Positions 1-8,443 of a stretch of 34,239 nt of DNA are shown here, piece by piece; the stretch's first letter is position 1; every line of letters begins with the position of its first letter. A program made the translations under genes and the position numbers. Origin of the DNA: a virus. Lineage: Duplodnaviria > Caudoviricetes. The notes beneath the pieces are model-generated. The model was not told the DNA's origin. It did not search any database and saw only the letters and a list, made by a program, of their open reading frames with translations. The stretch covers positions 1-34,239 of IMG/VR virus record IMGVR_UViG_3300027819_000040; one strand, 5' to 3'.

Positions 1-142
1 CGAGCCACTGCTGAAATCGGCCCATCGCGATGTGATCCCGGACGTGACTCGGCAACACGAACGTCGCCGGGTAGCCATCGACGTGGAGCTGCGCCTTGCC
101 GTTGGGAGCGACGGAAAGGATGTCGGCGAGGGTGATCTTCAT
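1..142 (-). CDS. Hypothetical protein, runs off the window edge (MKITLADILSVAPNGKAQLHVDGYPATFVLP...)
   Basis: ATG at 142-140 overlaps the upstream TGA (ATGA); frame stays open to position 1. Confidence 0.55.
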   Translation of the reverse strand, partial: MKITLADILSVAPNGKAQLHVDGYPATFVLPSHVRDHIAMGRFQQWL

Positions 143-170
143 GCTGTGATCTTCATGTTGTGATCTTCAT
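132..170 (-). repeat. Three copies of a 14-bp-period repeat ATGAAGATCAC(nnn), making mini-ORFs MKITT* and MKITA*
   Basis: ATGs at 170, 156 and 142, exactly 14 nt apart, each overlapping the previous TGA. Confidence 0.9.
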
Positions 171-739
171 GCGGCGATCCGAGTTTGAGGGTCCGGCGCC
201 ACGTCGGCCCCGTACACGGCCCACGTGGCGCGCATGCCGTGCGCGGCCGTCCGGTCGCGATCGCTGGCGCTGGGGCCGGCGTAGATGCGACCGCTGCGCT
301 GTAGCGGCCATTGCAGGTGCGGCCAGTCGACCGGGTCGTGCCAGAGTCCGCCCCATGTGAGGCGCGCGGCGGCCGCTGCCGCGGCGAGATCGGACTTGAA
401 GGCCTCGGAGACGCTCCACAGCTTCGACTTCGAGATGATGTCGACCGCGAGCCCATGCCCGTGCACGCTCACCAGGTGCGAGGGGGCATTCGTCACCCGC
501 TTGCCGCCGGGGAATGCGTAGCTCTCAGGCACCAGACGCGCGCGACACTCGGCCTCCGACCGTCCGCAGCCAAAGATCCACCACTGACGTTCCTTCGTGC
601 GCAGCGCTTCAAAGACAAAGGCGTCGTGACCTTTCGCGGCCATCGCGGCGAGCACCTCGTCAACGCGCGAGCGGAACGCCGACGGCAGAGCGGTCACATC
701 ACGGGACTCGCGGACATACGGCCTCGGATCGCGCATCAC
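167..739 (-). CDS. Endolysin, peptidase M15 family (L-Ala-D-Glu peptidase-like)
   Basis: Motifs LRTxxRQ, SVHGHGLAVD, WGGLW and DWPHLQ; sits after holin-like genes. Confidence 0.88.
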   Translation of the reverse strand: MMRDPRPYVRESRDVTALPSAFRSRVDEVLAAMAAKGHDAFVFEALRTKERQWWIFGCGRSEAECRARLVPESYAFPGGKRVTNAPSHLVSVHGHGLAVDIISKSKLWSVSEAFKSDLAAAAAAARLTWGGLWHDPVDWPHLQWPLQRSGRIYAGPSASDRDRTAAHGMRATWAVYGADVAPDPQTRIAA

Positions 740-1122
740 GCACCCGCCCCGATGACTTCATGCGCGCGATCTATCATGGTCTCGTGATCCGCCGGCGGCT
801 GGCGCACGTCGCCGATGCCGAAGCGGGAGAGCATCACCTTGCCGAACTCGAGCGCCTCGTGCGGCGACACCTTGCTCAGGGCGTTGAGCAGCGCCGGCGC
901 AAACACGATGCTGATGGCAAAGGTCGCGTCCGGCCAGCCCATGTTCTCGATCCGCCAGACCATCCGCAGGGCCGCCACGGCCATGCCGAAGAGAATGAAG
1001 CGGCTCATGGAGAAGACCACCGGCGTGTCGAGGCTCGCCACCTTCACGGGGTTTTTCTCCGTGAACATGGAGACCAACGAGAAAAGGAACTGCAGCAGGG
1101 GCTTCACGATGGTGGGCTTCAT
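736..1122 (-). CDS. Putative holin / membrane protein
   Basis: 128 aa with about two hydrophobic segments; stop overlaps the endolysin start. Confidence 0.6.
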   Translation of the reverse strand: MKPTIVKPLLQFLFSLVSMFTEKNPVKVASLDTPVVFSMSRFILFGMAVAALRMVWRIENMGWPDATFAISIVFAPALLNALSKVSPHEALEFGKVMLSRFGIGDVRQPPADHETMIDRAHEVIGAGA

Positions 1123-1409
1123 GGCGCTCGCTCCCGGCGGTTGTTACTGCGGTTGATGAGCAGATCGGCGTCTTGATTGTCCTCGATGCGCCGCAACCGC
1201 CCCACCACCTCGCCGAGTTGGCCGCGAATCTCCGCTGTCGCCGCCTTCTGGTCGCCAATCGCTGTTGACAGCGCGGACACTTGACTGGACAGCGCGGATA
1301 CTTGCCCGGAGAGATCGCGCGCCCAGAAAGCGACCAGCGCCAAGACGATGGTCACGAGAATCCCCGTGAGCCAGCGGAACGTGAGGGTGTCGGGTTTACC
1401 GAGGGTCAT
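1119..1409 (-). CDS. Single-TM coiled-coil protein of the lysis module (holin/antiholin-like)
   Basis: Start reassigned to MTLGKPD; TM segment WLTGILVTIVLALVAFW followed by a heptad region; ATGA overlap with the next gene. Confidence 0.6.
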   Translation of the reverse strand: MTLGKPDTLTFRWLTGILVTIVLALVAFWARDLSGQVSALSSQVSALSTAIGDQKAATAEIRGQLGEVVGRLRRIEDNQDADLLINRSNNRRERAP

Positions 1410-1453
1410 GGTGCGGCCTGCGGTGAATGGTGGCGGGCAGTAAAAGCCCGGTG

Positions 1454-1876
1454 TCAGAGACCTAGCGCTGCTTTCTCGACGCGTCCCCACTCCCGGCACT
1501 CTTCGACGAACGCATTGTACGCCGCGGACTCCGGACTCGGCGCCAGGCGCAGCATCTTCAGTTCGTCCGGGATACTGTAGCGCGCGCCGATCTTCTGCCG
1601 CACGCGCTCATTGATGAGTCGCACGTGCGGGCTTGCAAGTTTCAACTCGGCGCGCAGGGCGTCGCTGAGGTTCACGGGGGCGATGCTCTGCGCGATCTCG
1701 CCGGGCTGTGCCATCGGGAGCACAGCGCCGTCCGGCAGGCTGACATACGTCAGGCCGTCACTCAGCGTGGCGAGCTCCGTGCCGAGCGTGCCGTGCGACG
1801 CAGGGTCTTCAGGCAAGCGCAGCGTGCGCGTGATCTCGGTGGTGATATGCTGGCGGTAGCTGACGATAGACGGCAT
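1454..1876 (-). CDS. Hypothetical protein downstream of the DGR RT, possibly a tail fibre assembly chaperone
   Basis: GAGGA SD before MPSIVSY; overlaps the RT 3' end by 68 nt; helical C-terminus YSIPDELK...YNAFVEECREWG. Confidence 0.6.
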   Translation of the reverse strand: MPSIVSYRQHITTEITRTLRLPEDPASHGTLGTELATLSDGLTYVSLPDGAVLPMAQPGEIAQSIAPVNLSDALRAELKLASPHVRLINERVRQKIGARYSIPDELKMLRLAPSPESAAYNAFVEECREWGRVEKAALGL

Positions 1877-2828
1877 AGTGCTGGTCCTCGGTGGATCGCA
1901 GGAGGGAACGGAGGGAGTGGGTGCGGCGGGCATGGCCGAGCAGGGAGGCCGCGCTTTCGAGGTCGGCGCGGCGCACGGCCCGGCGGTAGGTGCGGAGCGC
2001 GCGGGAGCGGATGAAGCGCTTGTCCGCCCAGGTGCGGTAGCCGACGAAGTTCAGGCCGCGGCTGACCGGGGCGATCGTGGATTTCGAGAGTTCGAGGTGG
2101 AGCGTGTCGCGCAGGAAGTCGATGATCTGCGCGCGGTACGTCAGGGCCTCGTCGCGCGAAAGGCCGAACAGCACGAAGTCATCGACGTAGCGTGCGTAGG
2201 TGCGCACGCGGAGCTCGCGCTTGACGAAGTGATCGAGCGGGTTGAGGTAGATCAGGGCGTACAGCTGGGACAGCAGATTGCCGATGGGGACGCCGCGCGG
2301 CTCGCCGTGATCGGCGAAGGCCATGAGCAGCGCCATCAGCCGCGCATCCTTGACCTTCCGCGCGAGCAGCTGCTGCAGGACGGGACGGTCGATGCGGTAG
2401 AAGAACTTCCGGATGTCGAGTTTCAGGGTGTAGCTGCCCGCCGGGGCCTGCTGCAGCGCGGCCTGGGCGTAATCGGCGGCGGCATGCGTGCCGTATCCCA
2501 CGCGACAGGCAAACGACTGGTCAATGAAGGTCGCGCCGAAGATCGGGCCGATGACCGCGTAGATGGCGTGCTGCACCACGCAGTCGCGGAAGGCCGGCGC
2601 GTAGATGATGCGCGGCTTCGGCTCGTGCACCATGAAGGTGTAGTAGGGCCGCGGCTGGTAGGTGCCCGCATGCAGCTCGTGGTGCAGGCGCTCGAGCTGT
2701 GACCCGAGGGAGCGCTCGAACATGTGACAGGCGCGCCGCCCGCGCTTGCTCTGCGCCGCCGCGTAGAATGCGGCGAGCAGGGCCTCGCGCGTGAAGGCGC
2801 GGTCGAACAGGTGGCCATGGCGCTTCAC
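1809..2828 (-). CDS. DGR reverse transcriptase
   Basis: LKLDIRKFF, GVPIGNLLSQ (DGR-type SQ), YARYVDDF catalytic motif, LNFVGY; adjacent to TR and avd. Confidence 0.97.
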   Translation of the reverse strand: MKRHGHLFDRAFTREALLAAFYAAAQSKRGRRACHMFERSLGSQLERLHHELHAGTYQPRPYYTFMVHEPKPRIIYAPAFRDCVVQHAIYAVIGPIFGATFIDQSFACRVGYGTHAAADYAQAALQQAPAGSYTLKLDIRKFFYRIDRPVLQQLLARKVKDARLMALLMAFADHGEPRGVPIGNLLSQLYALIYLNPLDHFVKRELRVRTYARYVDDFVLFGLSRDEALTYRAQIIDFLRDTLHLELSKSTIAPVSRGLNFVGYRTWADKRFIRSRALRTYRRAVRRADLESAASLLGHARRTHSLRSLLRSTEDQHYAVYRQLPPAYHHRDHAHAALA

Positions 2829-3027
2829 GCCGCCACCCCATTCACGTGCGGCGCCTGACGTTCGCGCCGAGTGGGGGCGCCCGCGCGGCTGATGCTACTG
2901 GAAAGGCGCCGTCCCACCGATTTCGCCGACGTGGCGCCGTAAGTGCTGCGCTCGCCGCACCGGAAACCATCTCCCTTGGCTCCACCGTCGCCTGGCCGTG
3001 CGCCGCGTGGCGTTCGAGGTGTGGCCG

Positions 3028-3145
3028 AGTCCGCCCGGAACCCCACGTTGTTGTTGGAGTTGCCGCGCACATTGTTCAGATTGAGCGTCCAGGCGCCCGC
3101 GTTGCTCGCGTTCGTCCAGTTGCCACCCGCAATCGGACACATGCT
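3028..3145 (-). repeat. DGR template repeat (TR)
   Basis: 118-bp ungapped copy of 3631-3748; 10 mismatches, all at TR adenines on the minus strand; 10 AAY codons. Confidence 0.96.
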
Positions 3146-3572
3146 AAGATGCCTCCCGTCCTGCTGAGTGCTCGGCCTTCCGTTCGTCTTTCGCGCGGTC
3201 GGCGAGAATCCATCCGCCGATCATGCGACCCAGCTCATCCACCAGCCGCGACAGCGCGAGATAGCGGTGCGCCGCGCGTTTCTTGTCGGTGTCGTGCGTG
3301 CCGTCCTTGAAGCCGAAGTAGCCCAGCTCGTGCGCCAGTCGGGTGAGCATGCGCAGCTGTTCGTGCCGGATATCGAGCTGCGTGAGCGTCGTTTTCTTGT
3401 GGTACCGTTTCTGGCACTCGACGATGAGGGCGTACACGTCGTAGGCGGCACGCCGGAGTTCTAGGGCCAGTCCATACTTTTCCGCCTTGGGGAAGTGGTT
3501 GAGGTAGATGGTGAGCAGCTTCGCGAACTCCATGAACTTCCGATCCAGCTGTGCTTCTGAGTGAATGCCCAT
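3144..3572 (-). CDS. avd: DGR accessory variability determinant (four-helix bundle)
   Basis: 142-aa basic helical protein (FPKAEKYGLALELRR...LDIRHEQLR...ELGRMIGGW) between target and TR. Confidence 0.92.
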   Translation of the reverse strand: MGIHSEAQLDRKFMEFAKLLTIYLNHFPKAEKYGLALELRRAAYDVYALIVECQKRYHKKTTLTQLDIRHEQLRMLTRLAHELGYFGFKDGTHDTDKKRAAHRYLALSRLVDELGRMIGGWILADRAKDERKAEHSAGREAS

Positions 3573-3595
3573 AGGTCCGTGTGGTGAGCGTCCTC

Positions 3596-3619
3596 GCCCC
3601 GTCGCTATCGCTCAGGGGC
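3596..3619 (-). promoter_or_regulatory. Hairpin immediately after the VR and stop codon, candidate DGR target-recognition element
   Basis: GCCCC-TGA-GC-GATA-GC-GAC-GGGGC directly after the target stop; absent after TR. Confidence 0.55.
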
Positions 3620-5125
3620 TCAGAGATACAAGGCCGCCCGGAACCCCACGTCGTAGTTGGAGTTGCCGCGCACATTGGCCAGATTGAGCGTCCAGGCGCC
3701 CGCGTAGCCCGCGTCCGCCCAGTTGCCACCCGCAATCGGACACAGGCTGGCGGGCTGATAATCCCAGAGCCCGTCATTGCCGAACGGGTTGGTGCCACCG
3801 ACGCCACCGACCAGCGGAACGCCGAGGCCCGCCGCCTGCCAGGCGAGTCCGGTCGTGGCCTCGCTGAACACCTGCGCGGCGTTGCCGTAGTACTTGAGGG
3901 TGCTGCTGGCAAGCAGCGCCCCGTAGGTCGCACCCAGCTCCTCGTAGTCCGCGGCGAGCAGCTGCGCGGCGGTGCCCCAGAGGTCATGCGCGGCCCCGCC
4001 GGCGCCCGCCGTCTGGTCCTTCATGCGCGCACTCGTCTTCAGGACGTAGTACTTCGCCGTGTCGCTCGCGACCGTGAGCCCAGGCGAGATCTCCCAGATG
4101 TTGCCGTTCAGATCGCAGACGCCGCAGTTCTGGCCGTTGTGTGTGGTGCGGGCGAAGAGGTTCGCAGAGCCCGTCTTGCCGCAGTTGGTCGCGGAGCCGT
4201 CCGCGACATACAAAATGCCGGCGTCGTTTGCGTCACCCAGGGCATTGTTATTGTTGCCCTTCGGGAAGTTGATGACGCCAGCGCCGTCGTACCACGCGTT
4301 CCACGCCGTGGACGTGCTCTCCTGCGCGTGTGCACGAGAGATCAGGGCTAGTGCGGCGCGCTGGAAGTGTGGGGCCGGGAAGAAGTTCGCGCCGCGCGTC
4401 TTGGCGGCGGCGATGCAGCCATAGTAGAAGTCGGCCGGCGCGCCCGTCAGCGAGGCGAAGTTCGTGTTGGCAAGGCCGCCGCGCAATGCGCTGGTGAGCG
4501 GAACGCCGTTCTTCAGGCTGCTGGCGGTCCCGGCGTTGTTGCTGGGCTGGTATTTGTCGTGGAAGAAACCCGGCTGCACGACGCCGTTGTCGTAAAATGC
4601 CCGATGCAGCGCATAGCCAGCGGCATTCGCGGCCGCAACCGATGCAAAGTAAGAAAACGGCTTGATACTCACCACGTTGACCGAGAGGCCGTTGGCGCCG
4701 GTGCCGTACTTGTAATAGAAGGCTGGGATCCACACCATCACCGAGCCGTCGGGGTAGGTGTAGTTGCCGAAGTTGTCGCTATACGGGTCCGCCGTTCCAC
4801 TCATGGCCGTCATGCCGCTTGGCGGTGCGAGGCAGACGCCGACGCCGAAGCCCGGAGCGCCAGGCGTGCCGATGCCATCCTGCCCCCACGGCGTACTGAC
4901 CCACTGCGTGCCATCTGAGCGGAGGATATTGCCCGCGGCGCCGGGGGTGACACCATCCACTGCGGCGACGGAGGCGAGTTGCGCGGCGATCTCCGCTAGG
5001 AAGTCCGTGAAGATTTGATCCGGAAATAGCGGGGAGCCGCTCACCCCTTTCTGCGCATAGCCATAGCCATTCGCTGCCAGAAAGTCGGCAGCCGTGTAGG
5101 TGCGTCCGTTGAGCGTGACGGGCAT
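3620..5125 (-). CDS. DGR target protein, Mtd-like receptor-binding tail protein with probable C-type-lectin-fold C-terminus
   Basis: VR at the extreme 3' end; DLNGNIWE and GGNW...VGFRAA motifs; last gene of the tail module. Confidence 0.9.
   Translation of the reverse strand: MPVTLNGRTYTAADFLAANGYGYAQKGVSGSPLFPDQIFTDFLAEIAAQLASVAAVDGVTPGAAGNILRSDGTQWVSTPWGQDGIGTPGAPGFGVGVCLAPPSGMTAMSGTADPYSDNFGNYTYPDGSVMVWIPAFYYKYGTGANGLSVNVVSIKPFSYFASVAAANAAGYALHRAFYDNGVVQPGFFHDKYQPSNNAGTASSLKNGVPLTSALRGGLANTNFASLTGAPADFYYGCIAAAKTRGANFFPAPHFQRAALALISRAHAQESTSTAWNAWYDGAGVINFPKGNNNNALGDANDAGILYVADGSATNCGKTGSANLFARTTHNGQNCGVCDLNGNIWEISPGLTVASDTAKYYVLKTSARMKDQTAGAGGAAHDLWGTAAQLLAADYEELGATYGALLASSTLKYYGNAAQVFSEATTGLAWQAAGLGVPLVGGVGGTNPFGNDGLWDYQPASLCPIAGGNWADAGYAGAWTLNLANVRGNSNYDVGFRAALYL
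3631..3748 (-). repeat. DGR variable repeat (VR)
   Basis: Encodes SLCPIAGGNWADAGYAGAWTLNLANVRGNSNYDVGFRAA versus TR SMCPIAGGNWTNASNAGAWTLNLNNVRGNSNNNVGFRAD. Confidence 0.96.
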
Positions 5126-6001
5126 CTAGAGTACCTCAATAAGCGAGAAGGGAATGGTCCCCGATGCCGCCAGGGCGCACTCGATCGGGGAAAGCTCCTT
5201 GAACTGGCAGAGCATGGCGCGCCGCGCGCGGTGGGCATCGTCGGCCTCGTCCCAGAAGAACACCAACTGTGCGCTGATGCCGGCGCGGCGCTGCATGTCG
5301 AACAGGTGCACAAGCGCTTCATTCTCAGGCAGGTGCTCTATGGTGAACGCCTGCTCTCTGCGCCGAGGCTTGTCGCTGACGATGTACGCTCCGCCGTCGG
5401 TCTCGGCGCGCACGCTGGCGCTGGAGTAGCCTATCCGCGCACCGTAGGACATGTTGATGGTCGGGACGTATCCGGGTGACAGCACGAGCCGCGCGAGATC
5501 GACATAGCCCGCCGTGTTTGTGGTATCGTCCAGCTCCACGCGCCAGTACCGAGCAAGCACCGGCGACGGCGTGACATGATAGAGGCCAATGCTCCAGTAC
5601 GCCGCCTCCTCGATGCTGGGCTTGCCGTCCCACGCGCCGGGCCGTCCCCACGGCAACGATCCGGTCGGGTAGACGACCGGCAGCACATCGAGCCAGCCTG
5701 AGTCGTAGAGCGGCGCGGTGAACACGCCCGCGACATCGCTCGCGCGCAACCGGAAGCGCGCCGTGCGCGACAGCGTGTGCTTGGGAATCGCGAAGACACG
5801 AATATCGCGCGCAGCCCCAAGGTCAACGTCGAACTGTGTGGCCAGCGTCGTGGCATTGCTGGAGCGCGCGACACGCGCCAGTCGCGCATCCTGGAGGTTC
5901 GTAAGAGGCAACCCTGCGAGCCACGACCCGCCCGACAGCGTGGCGCTGACCGTGGACGATCCGTCCGACAGGATGGGGAATCCGAAGAGGCAGGCGCTCA
6001 T
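5126..6001 (-). CDS. Minor tail / tail tip protein
   Basis: 291 aa with a galactose-binding-like beta sandwich signature (FDVDLG...ARYWRVELDD); tail module position. Confidence 0.7.
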   Translation of the reverse strand: MSACLFGFPILSDGSSTVSATLSGGSWLAGLPLTNLQDARLARVARSSNATTLATQFDVDLGAARDIRVFAIPKHTLSRTARFRLRASDVAGVFTAPLYDSGWLDVLPVVYPTGSLPWGRPGAWDGKPSIEEAAYWSIGLYHVTPSPVLARYWRVELDDTTNTAGYVDLARLVLSPGYVPTINMSYGARIGYSSASVRAETDGGAYIVSDKPRRREQAFTIEHLPENEALVHLFDMQRRAGISAQLVFFWDEADDAHRARRAMLCQFKELSPIECALAASGTIPFSLIEVL

Positions 6002-6002
6002 G

Positions 6003-8438
6003 TCAGCCCCACAGGGTGAGAGTGACGCGGCGCGCGGCAGCGTCCGGCGAGACGCCGGCGACGAGGAGCTTCCTGCCTGCCGAGAGGCCGTACCGCGGAT
6101 GTTGCAGCGTCACGACATCACCCAGGTCGATCACCAGCGTGCCGGCGTTGAGTTCGGGCTGCACCTCGAACAACTCGCGTCGGACGCCGCGGAGCGTTTG
6201 CACGCGCGCTGCTTCCGTGGCGGCGTCACTGGCGCTCGTCAGCAGAGTTTCGACGGTGTACTCCCCCGCCAGTAGATGCGCCGTCTGGACGGCCGCGTCC
6301 GTGCTCACCACCTCTCGCCACTCACGGGCAAGCTCCTGCCGGACGTCTGAGGAGACTCCACCCGCGAGATCGGTGGTCTGGACCACATAGAACCGGCCAT
6401 ACCGCAGGATGGTCCGATACGTTGGCAAGCCGCGCCCCGTATCGTTCGTGGCCACGCGGTCCAGTGGTTTCAGCAGGTCATTCGCGGTCAGCGAAGCCAC
6501 TGAGCTGCCAGCGGCCGGATCGATCAGTTGCTTGATGCGGTAGATGCCGCTTACGCTACTGCCCCACCATGCACCCACGCTGGCTGCGATCTTGTCGCAC
6601 AGTTCCGCTGCCGTCGTCTCCTCCAAGCCCACCCACAAGCCAAGGACCGCCGCGTTGGCGGCGTCTAGTGCCGTGATGTCGCTGGCGCGCCAGTCCGGTG
6701 ATGTCTTCCCGGCCTTCGTGAGGACTTGCGTGTATATCTGCCCTGCGGTCCGCGCCGCCGCGTTCGCGCCTTGAGTCACGTCCGCTGTCACCAGCCCTGC
6801 CGGTGGCGCACCGAGGCGGAAGTAGCCACCGGCGAGGTAGACACCGAACATGCCCGGAGCCGGAGCTAGCGCATCATCGAGGAGGTCGGTCTGATTAGCA
6901 TAGGTGTCCGGAGTTCCAGACCTGTAGGTGCCGTTGAGAGCGAGGCAGAACCAACGCCCTCCCATGAGTAGCACTTCGGCAGGGTCGCCGTTGGTAAGAC
7001 TCTCCGACCCCGCGATGGCCTGCCACGACCGTCCGTTATCCTGACTGCTCGTGAGTGCCGAAAACCCAGTGCCGCTGTCAACTGACGTCAGGACAAACCA
7101 CCCGCCGCCGAGGCCAAGCGCCCTGACGGTGTGGCGTGTGGTTAGCGTGTGGACAATCGACCACTGGCGAGCCTCAACGCTACGGTAGACGGTAGTGCCG
7201 TTGCTCACCACAATGTAGGCACCATCGGAATACCCAGCCGCGCGGAGGCTACTCGTCCCGAGAGTTGTCGCGGTCCACGTAATGCCGTCCGGCGATGTGG
7301 TAAGCGCCCCACTGGCTCCGACCACCACAATGAGAGGTCCACCGGTCGCCAGTGTTTCTAGGGCCGAGGCGGTACCACTCGTCCGTGCTGTCCATGTAAC
7401 ACCGGTTGGCGAGGTATGGATTGCCCCTCCGGTGCCAACCGCGATAAAGAGCCCTCGCGGCGCATCCCAACGTACATCATCAAACGATGATGCCGCGGCC
7501 GCAGTACGGATGGTCCACGTAGCGCCGGCATCATCGGAGGTGGCAATCTCGCCGGTGGCGTTGTTGGTAACAGCACAGAAGCGGTCGAGAGTGGGCGAAT
7601 ACGCCATCCCCGTGACACAGCCCGCGGAGATGAATGGTAGGCCGCCGATGGTCGAATAGCTTGTGCCGTTAGTAGTTGTGTGGATTATCGGGTTGCCGCC
7701 AGAGATACCGCCCGTGACAATAGTGGACCCATCGGTCGCGCCACAGTAACCGCCTATAGTAGCGTGAGCTTCACTCCAGTCAAACGGAGCATCAGTCCCT
7801 AACCGCACGCCCTTGTCGTATACCGCGTCTATGCCGTTCAACGCGCCGTCGTTGACCTGGTAGATCAGCTTGCTCGTGTTCACGCAGATCGCCGGCACCT
7901 TTTTCACGACACCGTAACACAGCGGTTTCGGCTTGCCCTTGAGGTCTGTGGCGACGCCTTCGAGGCCGGCGGGCAACGAGTTGCTCCCGGCGTATTTCGT
8001 GGTCTGCAACGGCACCTGCAGTTCCAACTGCCGGTCGCGTACCTTCACGATCACGCTACTGACGCTGACCTCGCACTGCTCCATCGTGCCCACGAAGACC
8101 GTCGTGAAGCCGGCCGGATACGCCGCCGCCTCGTCGCCTACGCGCACGGTGATCGCGCGGCCGTCGAACGCGTATCCCAGCAGCGCGTCCAGTCCGCCGT
8201 CCTCGTTGTTGAGCACAAGGTCCCCATAGCCGATCCGGGTGCGCCCCTGCGTCGTGCCGCGCGCGAAGAGGTCGCGCTGGATGTCGAGCGCTTGCTTGAG
8301 ACGCGGATCATAGAACGTGTTCGCGGGCGTCTCGCTCGGCGTGGTCGTGAATCCGCGTCCGGACGCGAAGGTCAGCACACGCGTCCCCGGCAGGGCCGGG
8401 TCATAGACCGTGAGTTCGGCGAGGTAGATGAGCGCCAT
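6003..8438 (-). CDS. Tail tip/hub protein with an internal Asp-box (beta-propeller) module
   Basis: Start reassigned to MALIYLAE; GKPKPLCYG and DLGDVVTL tail motifs; S-x-D/T-x-G-x-T-W repeats in the middle. Confidence 0.8.
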   Translation of the reverse strand: MALIYLAELTVYDPALPGTRVLTFASGRGFTTTPSETPANTFYDPRLKQALDIQRDLFARGTTQGRTRIGYGDLVLNNEDGGLDALLGYAFDGRAITVRVGDEAAAYPAGFTTVFVGTMEQCEVSVSSVIVKVRDRQLELQVPLQTTKYAGSNSLPAGLEGVATDLKGKPKPLCYGVVKKVPAICVNTSKLIYQVNDGALNGIDAVYDKGVRLGTDAPFDWSEAHATIGGYCGATDGSTIVTGGISGGNPIIHTTTNGTSYSTIGGLPFISAGCVTGMAYSPTLDRFCAVTNNATGEIATSDDAGATWTIRTAAAASSFDDVRWDAPRGLFIAVGTGGAIHTSPTGVTWTARTSGTASALETLATGGPLIVVVGASGALTTSPDGITWTATTLGTSSLRAAGYSDGAYIVVSNGTTVYRSVEARQWSIVHTLTTRHTVRALGLGGGWFVLTSVDSGTGFSALTSSQDNGRSWQAIAGSESLTNGDPAEVLLMGGRWFCLALNGTYRSGTPDTYANQTDLLDDALAPAPGMFGVYLAGGYFRLGAPPAGLVTADVTQGANAAARTAGQIYTQVLTKAGKTSPDWRASDITALDAANAAVLGLWVGLEETTAAELCDKIAASVGAWWGSSVSGIYRIKQLIDPAAGSSVASLTANDLLKPLDRVATNDTGRGLPTYRTILRYGRFYVVQTTDLAGGVSSDVRQELAREWREVVSTDAAVQTAHLLAGEYTVETLLTSASDAATEAARVQTLRGVRRELFEVQPELNAGTLVIDLGDVVTLQHPRYGLSAGRKLLVAGVSPDAAARRVTLTLWG

Positions 8439-8443
8439 GGCGG

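Larger units (their letters stand above)
1809..5125 (-). mobile_element. Diversity-generating retroelement: target(VR)-avd-TR-RT
   Basis: All four components present in the Bordetella BPP-1 order, with adenine-specific TR/VR mismatches. Confidence 0.97.

Noticed and set aside
167-200. Endolysin C-terminal RIAA (and RT AALA) as deliberate ssrA-like degrons
   Set aside because: Ala-rich ends are expected at this GC content and from ATGA overlaps; no independent support
1809-2828. RT as a retron, group II intron or Abi RT
   Set aside because: The SQ motif, small size, avd and A-specific TR/VR pair identify a DGR
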